This document shows, one piece after another, positions 1-6,625 of a stretch of 10,521 bases of DNA; the first letter of the stretch is position 1, and each line of letters begins with the position of its first letter. Source of the DNA: a virus; the UHGV virus genome UHGV-0062500. The stretch is one strand, 5' to 3'. Below the pieces are notes generated by a model. That model searched no databases. It saw only the letters and a program-made list of their open reading frames with translations, and was not told where the DNA came from. The position numbers and the translations under genes are program-made.

Positions 1-142
1 TTTTGGCAATGTGTTTAGACACAATACCAGCCATAAGGTCCCGTTGAGTTGGAAAAACACGAGAATCTTTATTAGCATTCTCGTTCAAAAGGTCTTTATT
101 AGTTTTATGAATCAATCCTTCAATTTCTTTTTCAATTGTCAT
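1..142 (-). CDS. nrdD: Anaerobic (class III) ribonucleoside-triphosphate reductase NrdD, N-terminal 47 codons; gene continues beyond window start
   Basis: Minus-strand ATG at 142-140 overlaps the gene 49 stop (ATGA). Translation MTIEKEIEGLIHKTNKDLLNENANKDSRVFPTQRDLMAGIVSKHIAK is open to the window edge. The LLNENANKDS-V-PTQRDL-AGIV-KH segment matches the conserved NrdD N-terminal region as I recall it, and nrdD lies downstream of 49 in T4. Confidence 0.8.
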   Translation of the reverse strand, partial: MTIEKEIEGLIHKTNKDLLNENANKDSRVFPTQRDLMAGIVSKHIAK

Positions 143-612
143 TTTAAACTCTTTCTAAGCTGCTTCTTAAATGAAGCTATTAATTGTGTTTTAGTGTCAG
201 ATTCATTATATTCAAATCCTCTTTGAAGCATCTCGGCCATCATTTCCTCTTTTCCTAAACGAGAAAATTCCTTTGATTTATCTCCAACGAAGTTAGGGTG
301 AATATTATTTTGGGTGTAATCGGATTTTAAATAAGTAAGTAAATTTTCTAACCATTCAAGATAATCAACACCTTGTCCCTTTAAGCCAGAACGATTAAAT
401 TTATGCTTCATTTGACCTTCTGCGGCATTGCAGAGATTACAAAGCAATCCACGTACCTTTCCTGCTTTTGGTCCATTTAATTCATGGTCATGGTCGAGGT
501 GATTAGCTTGAACGTCAGGATTTAGTTCTCGTTGGCAAATTAAGCATTTACCATTTTGTGCATCATAAAATTTCTGTTTTTCTTCTTTATATAATTTGCC
601 AGTCAATAACAT
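139..612 (-). CDS. 49: Endonuclease VII (Holliday-junction resolvase), 157 aa
   Basis: ATG at 612-610, TGA at 141-139. Protein carries the paired CxxC zinc site (C23/C26 in GKCLICQ, C58/C61 in LLCNLCN) and the HLDHDH block. Sequence recognised from memory as T4 gp49. Confidence 0.9.
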   Translation of the reverse strand: MLLTGKLYKEEKQKFYDAQNGKCLICQRELNPDVQANHLDHDHELNGPKAGKVRGLLCNLCNAAEGQMKHKFNRSGLKGQGVDYLEWLENLLTYLKSDYTQNNIHPNFVGDKSKEFSRLGKEEMMAEMLQRGFEYNESDTKTQLIASFKKQLRKSLK

Positions 613-619
613 AATAAAA

Positions 620-642
620 CCCTTACCTTAAATAGATAAGGG
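620..642 (-). promoter_or_regulatory. RBS-sequestering hairpin in the gene 49 leader
   Basis: Minus-strand RNA CCCUUA-(11-nt loop)-UAAGGG: 6-bp stem, 620-625 paired with 637-642. The 3' stem carries the AAGGG Shine-Dalgarno 7 nt before the ATG. Consistent with the published translational control of T4 gene 49. Confidence 0.55.
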
Positions 643-650
643 TATTTATT
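643..650 (-). promoter_or_regulatory. Candidate T4 late promoter (AATAAATA, 7/8 match to TATAAATA) abutting the hairpin
   Basis: A transcript starting about 6 nt downstream would begin inside the 5' stem and could not form the hairpin. Confidence 0.3.
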
Positions 651-651
651 A

Positions 652-704
652 TTTTCAAGTATTGTAAAACATTCGATGCAATCGTTTATACTGTCGAATC
701 ATCT
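652..704. repeat. 53-nt direct repeat, copy A (about 89% identical to 865-917)
   Basis: ttttcaagtatt[g/a]taaaacatt[c/t]gatgcaatcg[t/c]ttata[c/t]tg[t/c]cgaatcat: 47 of 53 positions identical, offset 213 nt. Covers the 3' end and stop of the 58-aa ORF. Confidence 0.8.
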
Positions 705-831
705 TTTTAGTAGGACGAGAATAGGTTCCTACGCAAGTGGTCATATGAGGGTCCGTAGAATGTCCTTTAATAAAAAGTTTCCAAACCTTACCGCCATTTA
801 ACTTTTCAGTATAAACCAATTCGGTTTTCAT
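655..831 (-). CDS. Hypothetical small protein, 58 aa (MKTELVYTEKLNGGKVWKLFIKGHSTDPHMTTCVGTYSRPTKKMIRQYKRLHRMFYNT); possibly T4 49.1-like
   Basis: Not in the ORF track (under 60 aa). ATG at 831-829 with AAGG about 8 nt upstream; TGA at 657-655. Last 15 residues duplicate the C-terminus of the upstream 161-aa protein because of a 53-nt direct repeat. Confidence 0.4.
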   Translation of the reverse strand: MKTELVYTEKLNGGKVWKLFIKGHSTDPHMTTCVGTYSRPTKKMIRQYKRLHRMFYNT

Positions 832-842
832 TAAAATGCCTT

Positions 843-864
843 GTCAGAAAAAGAATTTTGAGTT
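843..864. repeat. 22-nt exact direct repeat gtcagaaaaagaattttgagtt, copy 1 (intergenic, just downstream of the pin stop)
   Basis: Identical to 919-940, offset 76 nt. With the 53-nt repeats it gives the minus-strand arrangement X-Y-X-novel-Y. Confidence 0.8.
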
Positions 865-917
865 TTTTCAAGTATTATAAAACATTTGATGCAATCGCTT
901 ATATTGCCGAATCATTT
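865..917. repeat. 53-nt direct repeat, copy B (3' end and stop codon of pin)
   Basis: Same alignment as copy A; encodes the shared C-terminus MIRQYKRLH(Q/R)MFYNT. Confidence 0.8.
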
Positions 918-1353
918 GGTCAGAAAAAGAATTTTGAGTTTCAAGCCATTCAATATATTCTGCCGCAGCTTGCATCAGGTTACCTTCATAATCATCAATA
1001 TCTTTTTTCAATGCCACTTTAGCTAATGCATATGAAATACGTTCACCTTGAAAAGCGGCTTTAGGCTTCTGAACATCTTGGCTAGTTCTCTCTACAACTT
1101 CCTCGATTTCACCATTTTCAACGGATTCAGTATTCCACAAACACCAATACGTAATTGGCTTATCATAGATGTTAATAATTTTTCCATCAGAAAGTTCAAT
1201 TTCAATAATTCCAGTGTCAGGCTCTATATCATCTTCACATTCTTTTGCAAGTTCACGAACTTTAAAGACAGTACCTGCACTAAGTTCCGGCCAGTAATTA
1301 CACAGCCCTGTATCAGCACGATTAATTCTAAACCACTTATCTACTGTAATCAT
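868..1353 (-). CDS. pin: Probable PinA (Lon protease inhibitor), 161 aa
   Basis: Track ORF 868..1371 starts on TTG; the first ATG (1353-1351, MITVDKWF...) is preceded by GGAG and gives 161 aa, the size I recall for T4 PinA. Position between 49 and nrdC matches the T4 map. Assignment is by length and position, not by remembered sequence. Confidence 0.55.
   Translation of the reverse strand: MITVDKWFRINRADTGLCNYWPELSAGTVFKVRELAKECEDDIEPDTGIIEIELSDGKIINIYDKPITYWCLWNTESVENGEIEEVVERTSQDVQKPKAAFQGERISYALAKVALKKDIDDYEGNLMQAAAEYIEWLETQNSFSDQMIRQYKRLHQMFYNT
919..940. repeat. 22-nt exact direct repeat, copy 2 (inside the pin coding sequence, encoding ETQNSFSD)
   Basis: Exact match to 843-864. Confidence 0.8.
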
Positions 1354-1504
1354 GTCCCATCTCCATATCAATTAAGTCATTTATCGTTGGTTCATTATAT
1401 ACTGTTTCTTCATCAGTGTAAACCGGTTCTTCCGGCTCTGGCTCTACAGTTTCCCATCTAGCCGCCCACCAAGGTTTAACCCCGAAGCTTATTAAGTTCT
1501 TCAT
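1337..1504 (-). CDS. Hypothetical acidic small protein, 55 aa (MKNLISFGVKPWWAARWETVEPEPEEPVYTDEETVYNEPTINDLIDMEMGHDYSR)
   Basis: ATG at 1504-1502, TAA at 1339-1337; the 3' end overlaps the pin start by 17 nt. Not in the ORF track. Overlaps the next candidate by 29 nt in another frame, so one of the two may be spurious. Confidence 0.3.
   Translation of the reverse strand: MKNLISFGVKPWWAARWETVEPEPEEPVYTDEETVYNEPTINDLIDMEMGHDYSR
1394..1422 (-). promoter_or_regulatory. Sigma70-type early promoter upstream of pin
   Basis: Minus strand gGTTTACA-17 nt-TATAAT: -35 at 1422-1417, -10 at 1399-1394, about 40 nt upstream of the pin ATG. Confidence 0.5.
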
Positions 1505-1646
1505 AATCAATCCAGGATTCTAATCCTGATGGCAAATCAGATTCAATTTCCCAAAGAAGCTCTTCAATTTTCTGAAGACGATCTAGTTCTTCGGCTGGAA
1601 TAGTAACCATTGACGGAGCTCGTGATACATTAATATCGTAAATCAT
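1476..1646 (-). CDS. Hypothetical small protein, 56 aa (MIYDINVSRAPSMVTIPAEELDRLQKIEELLWEIESDLPSGLESWIDYEELNKLRG)
   Basis: Track ORF 1476..1733 starts on GTG and overlaps the 77-aa gene for about 100 nt. I shortened it to the internal ATG at 1646-1644, which has only a weak GGGT upstream; an alternative ATG lies at 1610-1608. TAA at 1478-1476. Confidence 0.3.
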   Translation of the reverse strand: MIYDINVSRAPSMVTIPAEELDRLQKIEELLWEIESDLPSGLESWIDYEELNKLRG

Positions 1647-1863
1647 ATTTACCCAATTTAACCATACAATCGCCGTATTTCCACTTAGAAATAGACTTTT
1701 CACCATTAGAATAATAAACTTCGAGTTTAGCACGATTATTTTTAATTTGAATAACCTTGGCTGTCATCAAAGTTCCATACCCATAATAAACTGCAACTTC
1801 ATCACCTACATATACCGCGCTTCCGCGGTAATCATGAATATAGTCAGTTCCTTCGAGCATCAT
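1630..1863 (-). CDS. Hypothetical protein, 77 aa
   Basis: ATG at 1863-1861 overlaps the nrdC stop (ATGA coupling); TAA at 1632-1630. Uninterrupted 77-codon frame. Confidence 0.6.
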   Translation of the reverse strand: MMLEGTDYIHDYRGSAVYVGDEVAVYYGYGTLMTAKVIQIKNNRAKLEVYYSNGEKSISKWKYGDCMVKLGKYDLRY

Positions 1864-2123
1864 TTAAAATATTCTCGCAGTTGGTCAAATCCACCAATAT
1901 GACTTCCATCAGGAGCAAATACCTGAGGCATTGTTAAGCCGATTTGAGTATCACGACCTAGTTTAGTCAGAAGCTCAGCAATTTTCTCATCATCAAAAAC
2001 ACCTTTTTCCGGCATAATGTTGATAAATTCAAACGGCTGTTTCTTCACAGTCAAGAGACGTTTTGCATTATCGCAATACACGCATTTGTGGATGTTGCTA
2101 TCATAACCATATACTTTAAACAT
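1860..2123 (-). CDS. nrdC: Phage glutaredoxin/thioredoxin, 87 aa
   Basis: ATG at 2123-2121 with AAGGA 5 nt upstream; TGA at 1862-1860. Active-site CVYC (C14..C17) in MFKVYGYDSNIHKCVYCDNAKRLL...; recognised from memory as T4 NrdC. Confidence 0.9.
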   Translation of the reverse strand: MFKVYGYDSNIHKCVYCDNAKRLLTVKKQPFEFINIMPEKGVFDDEKIAELLTKLGRDTQIGLTMPQVFAPDGSHIGGFDQLREYFK

Positions 2124-2124
2124 A

Positions 2125-2367
2125 TTATTCCTTAATTCCTAATACTTGTTTAAAAGTCTCGTCGTAATCAAGACTTTGGCCCGTTTGTTCTTTATGTTTG
2201 TATATAATATCACTTACTTCTGATAGCATATTTTTATATGAACGAGTTAAAGCAGATTTAAGCACGCTGTATCTATCAGGAAATTTACCATGTTCATTAT
2301 AATAAGCTATTGCTAATTCACGGACTGCCTTTTCAGCAGTCTCCATATATTCTTTACGCTTGGTCAT
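2125..2367 (-). CDS. Hypothetical protein, about 80 aa ([51 protein letters not shown]...)
   Basis: Track ORF 2125..2508 starts on TTG and overlaps the upstream gene. I re-called the start at ATG 2367-2365, 14 nt before the upstream TAA; an alternative ATG is at 2346-2344. TAA at 2127-2125 sits 1 nt before the nrdC ATG. Confidence 0.45.
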
Positions 2368-2668
2368 TTTCTTCTCGGTCAAATCGGTGTTTACAATGGC
2401 GACATTTATAACGAAGATTACTAGTCTGCCAATGGACCAATTGCACCTGTTCAGTTCCACATTCAGGGCAATTAGGAACGTTTTTAGAAGCACGTTCGCG
2501 GCGTTCAACCATGACCATTACAGAATCCCAATTAATAGGGCTGCTATAATCATCACAACCATGAATCTTTCTACGCATTTCCAAATCGTCTTCTTCACCG
2601 GCCATAATAATTTTAATTAAACTGGAATTACTTGAAGCTGCAATGTCTTCTAATAAACGCTTTTTCAT
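2354..2668 (-). CDS. Small zinc-ribbon protein, 104 aa
   Basis: ATG at 2668-2666 overlaps the upstream TGA (ATGA) and has GAGGT 7 nt upstream. Contains CPECG...(17 aa)...CRHCKH, a C4 zinc-ribbon signature. N-terminal half is acidic. Confidence 0.6.
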
Positions 2669-3591
2669 TTCAATACCTCAATAGCATTACGTAAACCATT
2701 TGCTTTTGCATTAAGAGCTTTTAACAATTTGGTGTGTTCTGCAATTTGGGCTTCAACTTCAGTCAAACGGGCATTGAGATATTCACGTTCTTCACTCAGA
2801 TTATCAACCTTTTCTACTTTAGGCTCTTTTACAACTGTCTTATATGTATTAGGGTTCTTCAGTTTAATTAGAATGCGTGAACTGTATAACATTGAACCAT
2901 TATCTTCGGTTTCGTCATACATTTCCACTACGTCCATAATTTTTAACATCATGCGGAGTTTATAAGACAACGAACGAATAGTTTTGTTGTGCTTATTAAT
3001 TTCTTTAGCTGTCATGGTGCCGAGATTACGTGAGTAGTAATAAGGAACCTGGATATTAATTAATACTGATGAACCACCTGGCTTGTGTGTTACTTCATCA
3101 GCAATAACCCAATCCTTAACATGAACTGTATTTGTACGGTCATCGCCCGCGGTAAATAGTTTACGAGCATGCTTAAAAAGCATATTCACTTGGTCATTGA
3201 ATTGACAAGCGAATTTATCAGCAAATTTAGTTTCAGGAATGGTAGATAACCAATCAGCCAAATGGGTCTTTTTAACATCGTTAACAATAGTAAATTCAAC
3301 CAAATCAGTTATAGATGTCGCAGATTTAATGAAGCTCGGCTTCATAAAGTTTTTAATGTTATCACGAGCTACAGTAGAAGATAACATACGAGAACGTTTA
3401 AACCATTCAAGCAAATTGCCCAACGAATGAGAATAAGCGTTTTGAGTATCTTTACAGATATGATTTTCCTGGCCAACATATTGAAGGAAATCACGAAGAA
3501 TATTATTAATTACTGCTCTGTGTCCGATCTGATAATTGCGGTGTTTAGTAATAAGACTGTCAAAATAATCAATATAATGTTTACGAGTCAT
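2665..3591 (-). CDS. Hypothetical protein, 308 aa, with C-terminal coiled-coil tail; paralog of the upstream 340-aa protein
   Basis: Track ORF starts on TTG at 3642 and runs through a promoter. The real start is ATG 3591-3589, with a perfect GAGGAG 6 nt upstream. Shares LQYVGQ / EWFKRSR / MDVV blocks with the 340-aa neighbour. Confidence 0.7.
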   Translation of the reverse strand: MTRKHYIDYFDSLITKHRNYQIGHRAVINNILRDFLQYVGQENHICKDTQNAYSHSLGNLLEWFKRSRMLSSTVARDNIKNFMKPSFIKSATSITDLVEFTIVNDVKKTHLADWLSTIPETKFADKFACQFNDQVNMLFKHARKLFTAGDDRTNTVHVKDWVIADEVTHKPGGSSVLINIQVPYYYSRNLGTMTAKEINKHNKTIRSLSYKLRMMLKIMDVVEMYDETEDNGSMLYSSRILIKLKNPNTYKTVVKEPKVEKVDNLSEEREYLNARLTEVEAQIAEHTKLLKALNAKANGLRNAIEVLK

Positions 3592-3619
3592 ATTAATCTC
3601 CTCAGTAGAAAGTAAGAAC

Positions 3620-3649
3620 ATTATACCACATCCTTGTGGCAAAGTAAAC
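3620..3649 (-). promoter_or_regulatory. Sigma70-type early promoter upstream of the 308-aa gene
   Basis: Minus strand GTTTACT-17/18 nt-TATAAT: -35 at 3649-3643, -10 at 3625-3620, followed by the GAGGAG SD and the ATG at 3591. Confidence 0.55.
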
Positions 3650-4671
3650 TAGTTCAGTGCATTTAGTGCATTGTTCAGTTTAGAACGTTGCTTTGTCAGA
3701 TTTTGAACCCTTGACTGAGCTTGTTCTAACGCCTTTTCAGCTTCTAGCACTTCATTGGTCGCTTTAACGAGTTCATCATCTACTGCCTTAAGAGACTTCT
3801 CAATCGCGTCAGCGTGCCATTTTTCTACAGGTTTAAAATTTGAATTTTCAGTAGGAAGAAAACTCACTTTATTAAGTTTACATGCATCTATATTGCTTGA
3901 GCTATACATCCAAAATTTAGGATCGTTTGATAAGTAATTAGATAAATTTAAGTTATCTTGCAATTCCTGCTTTTTCTCTCGCGGGACTTCGTCCTTTCTC
4001 AAAAAATCGTATTTAAATGAAACGATCATATCAAGTTCATATGATGTTGTATCTAACTTAAATCGTTCAAAACGAGGTAAAATCTTAGATTGAACAGCAG
4101 CAACAACATCCATATACTTAAATGCTTCTGTCAGCTGTGATTTAAGACATTCACAAATTGAAAGAGAATTTTTAGTATTAGGCTTAAAGCTAATTCGTGC
4201 AGTTCTATTATTTTCTTTTAACGGTCTTACTTCCATCTGAAGAGTATAACCATCAAATTTCAGGTTCTTTAAGTTAATATCAGAGCCTTTTAATCGACTA
4301 GCAGTAGACAAAATTTGCTTTAATTGTTTACGGAATAGAGCAATAAATCTCCATTCAATACGATAATGATTTGGATTGAAAAATCCAGATGATAAATCGA
4401 CCTTACTTTGACCAACGCCTTGAACAATCAAAGGATTTTTATAATCAATAGTTTTACAGAAATCGGTGAGCTGTTCACGAGCAGTCATTTGTGTAATATA
4501 CCCTGCTTTACTAAAATTACGCACCCATTCACTGCTATTCGTATACTTAAAGTGATGAATAACACGATTAACTTTATCAGGGTCTAAATTATTTTCACAC
4601 AAAAATGTCATAACATCACGAGTATAGCTGGCATTACGAACCATATCTTCAATTTGAGAACGAGTTTTCAT
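3649..4671 (-). CDS. Hypothetical protein, 340 aa, with C-terminal coiled-coil tail
   Basis: ATG at 4671-4669 with AAGGA 5 nt upstream, overlapping the upstream TAA; TAG at 3651-3649. C-terminal 50 aa (LVKATNEVLEAEKALEQAQSRVQNLTKQRSKLNNALNALN) has a heptad-like pattern. Confidence 0.75.
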   Translation of the reverse strand: MKTRSQIEDMVRNASYTRDVMTFLCENNLDPDKVNRVIHHFKYTNSSEWVRNFSKAGYITQMTAREQLTDFCKTIDYKNPLIVQGVGQSKVDLSSGFFNPNHYRIEWRFIALFRKQLKQILSTASRLKGSDINLKNLKFDGYTLQMEVRPLKENNRTARISFKPNTKNSLSICECLKSQLTEAFKYMDVVAAVQSKILPRFERFKLDTTSYELDMIVSFKYDFLRKDEVPREKKQELQDNLNLSNYLSNDPKFWMYSSSNIDACKLNKVSFLPTENSNFKPVEKWHADAIEKSLKAVDDELVKATNEVLEAEKALEQAQSRVQNLTKQRSKLNNALNALN

Positions 4672-4679
4672 GGTGTTCC

Positions 4680-5567
4680 TTAAGATTTAAGTAAATCAAC
4701 GATTTTAATTAATTTTTCACGCTCAGATTTAGCTTTACTACTCAATCCAGATAGTCTGAAAATTTCATCATCATATTGCTGAATAGAAATATTTAGCTCT
4801 TCAATCTGCTTATTAAAATAAGCAATTTGTTCAGAATGTTTTTCATTACTACGAACTGGTACAGGTTTTGTAGGCAATTTAGTTGAACTGGATTCATCCG
4901 GGCGATAAATTAAAATACAACTTGAACCAATCGGACATTTAGCACCAGACACATATTCTAATGTTCCAGCTTCTTTTAAAATTTCAAAAGCTAAACAAAG
5001 ATGATGACCCATATTGGCATAATCTGTAGAGTGAGCTCTGACGTAATAATCATCTCCACGAATACTAAATTTAAAGCATTTAAGGTCTTCTGTATTATTG
5101 GTCTTAAAAATCATTTGTTTATCTAGACCTTTAGCTAATCGAGCGCCTAATGCTAATAATCGTCGTTGATTTTCCCACAAATCAGCAATCATTTGATCGA
5201 ATGACAATTTCGGCATTAGTCTACCATAAAGGTCATATCCTTTATTATAATTGCGAAGAATTTCACTCGCGTTAATACGAGACAACGCTCCAATTTTATT
5301 AAGGGCTTTCATGATGCGATTAGATAAACCCATTCCAGACCCGTTTGTTCGTTGTAAATGTTTATCTAATCCAAATCCAATATCAACTTTAAACTTATCT
5401 AATATTTCAGCATGAACATCTCTGTCAATAACATTCAAATCCAAAGTTGGGTTAAATCTATGAAAAAATTTATCTGGCTCTCCACGACGAAGTACAGTCC
5501 ATTCATTCAATTTTTTATTAACTAAAGATTTAATTACTGCATTGACATTATTAATTACTACTGACAT
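4680..5567 (-). CDS. Hypothetical protein, 295 aa, with C-terminal helical tail
   Basis: Track start is TTG at 5588. The first ATG (5567-5565, MSVVINNV...) has GAGGA 4 nt upstream and lies 8 nt after the upstream TGA. TAA at 4682-4680. Confidence 0.7.
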   Translation of the reverse strand: MSVVINNVNAVIKSLVNKKLNEWTVLRRGEPDKFFHRFNPTLDLNVIDRDVHAEILDKFKVDIGFGLDKHLQRTNGSGMGLSNRIMKALNKIGALSRINASEILRNYNKGYDLYGRLMPKLSFDQMIADLWENQRRLLALGARLAKGLDKQMIFKTNNTEDLKCFKFSIRGDDYYVRAHSTDYANMGHHLCLAFEILKEAGTLEYVSGAKCPIGSSCILIYRPDESSSTKLPTKPVPVRSNEKHSEQIAYFNKQIEELNISIQQYDDEIFRLSGLSSKAKSEREKLIKIVDLLKS

Positions 5568-5574
5568 ATTTTCC

Positions 5575-5982
5575 TCACTCAATTTCAATTTTACTAAATA
5601 TACAGAATAAGATGGAACAGACTATATAAGCACCACACACAGATTGAACTAATACCATTCCAAAGAACCAAACAATATTATCAAACAATGTCTGTTTTAC
5701 GTCGAAAGGACGTAAACTTACAGTAATATTATCGCCTTTTTCTATTGATGAATACATCTCTGGTGAAATATATTCGCTAAATCTATAACCGTCTTTGAGT
5801 TCATATACAGCAATAAACGATAAACTAGACCCCTTTCCTTGAGTTCCTGTAAGGGTATTAACTACAGTAACATCATAATCTTTATAATGCATATAATCAT
5901 TAATTGCGTAATAACCATATGCAACTACTACGCATAAACAACATATCAATAAATTCAATCTTTTAATTATCAACTGTTTCAT
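5575..5982 (-). CDS. Predicted membrane protein, 135 aa (N-terminal signal-anchor, C-terminal transmembrane helix)
   Basis: ATG at 5982-5980. Hydrophobic stretches LNLLICCLCVVVAYGYY (N-terminal) and IVWFFGMVLVQSVCGAYIVCSILFCIF (C-terminal) flank a polar domain of about 70 aa. Preceded by a middle-promoter-like sequence. Confidence 0.65.
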   Translation of the reverse strand: MKQLIIKRLNLLICCLCVVVAYGYYAINDYMHYKDYDVTVVNTLTGTQGKGSSLSFIAVYELKDGYRFSEYISPEMYSSIEKGDNITVSLRPFDVKQTLFDNIVWFFGMVLVQSVCGAYIVCSILFCIFSKIEIE

Positions 5983-6011
5983 AATAATCTCAATTAAAAG
6001 GGCTTAGAACC

Positions 6012-6036
6012 ATTATACCATCCTTGGTATAAAGCG
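6012..6036 (-). promoter_or_regulatory. Candidate MotA-dependent middle promoter upstream of the 135-aa membrane-protein gene
   Basis: Minus strand cGCTTTA (6/7 match to the TGCTTtA MotA box) - 12 nt - TATAAT (6017-6012). No acceptable -35 hexamer at 17 nt spacing. Confidence 0.35.
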
Positions 6037-6037
6037 G

Positions 6038-6565
6038 TTATGCGAGTACCGTCTTTAACCGTTCTTCAAACTTCCGAAGAGTATTTTGGCGTTCAGCTCT
6101 TTGCTTTTTGTAAGTTTCAATACGCTCTGAAATGAGAGTGTATCGTTCATTTACTGATTCTTTCATAAAATCAGGAATTTCACGAGAAGCTTTAATCTCA
6201 TCAAATTTATCAATAACAGCTTGCTCTTCAGCAATTAAGTTATCATACATTAAAATATCTTTCTTGATGAACTCAATATCTTCTTGAGTTACACGAGATA
6301 ATTTAGATGCTTTATCCTTTTTGTACTGTTCGTTAGTATCACGAGACCAGTGTAATGTACGATTTTTATTCGTATTCTTGTAAATTTCTACAATACCGAT
6401 CTCATCAATAATAACGATCCAATTCCAACGGGATTTGTAAATTTGTCCTCCATCAACAGTGATTTCACCTCCGATTGAGATGTCATTAAAGAACTTGCTT
6501 TGCGCTTCAGATTTAAATTTACCATCATTGTAATTTACCAGGTTGAAAATATCTTTAGCGTTCAT
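6038..6565 (-). CDS. Hypothetical protein, 175 aa
   Basis: Track start is TTG at 6625, inside the promoter. The real start is ATG 6565-6563 with GGAGG 8 nt upstream, located just downstream of an early promoter. TAA at 6040-6038. Confidence 0.7.
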   Translation of the reverse strand: MNAKDIFNLVNYNDGKFKSEAQSKFFNDISIGGEITVDGGQIYKSRWNWIVIIDEIGIVEIYKNTNKNRTLHWSRDTNEQYKKDKASKLSRVTQEDIEFIKKDILMYDNLIAEEQAVIDKFDEIKASREIPDFMKESVNERYTLISERIETYKKQRAERQNTLRKFEERLKTVLA

Positions 6566-6593
6566 TTTGTATTCCTCCGTAGTTGATAGTTGT

Positions 6594-6622
6594 ATAGTAC
6601 CACAGAGGAACGGTCTTGTAAA
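6594..6622 (-). promoter_or_regulatory. Sigma70-type early promoter upstream of the 175-aa gene
   Basis: Minus strand aGTTGTTTACAa-17 nt-TGgTACTAT (extended -10): -35 at 6622-6617, -10 at 6599-6594. The flanking 24-nt and 12-nt blocks are identical to the promoter at 8729-8757. Confidence 0.6.
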
Positions 6623-6625
6623 CAA

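Noticed and set aside
2124-2200. Promoter immediately upstream of nrdC
   Set aside because: No hexamer pair with acceptable spacing; nrdC is more likely read from an upstream promoter.
3626-3642. MotA box in the promoter upstream of the 308-aa gene, and the CCACA-agga-TGTGG inverted repeat in its spacer
   Set aside because: No TGCTT core at the -30 position, while a GTTTAC -35 at correct spacing is present. The 5-bp inverted repeat is too short to call a regulatory hairpin.
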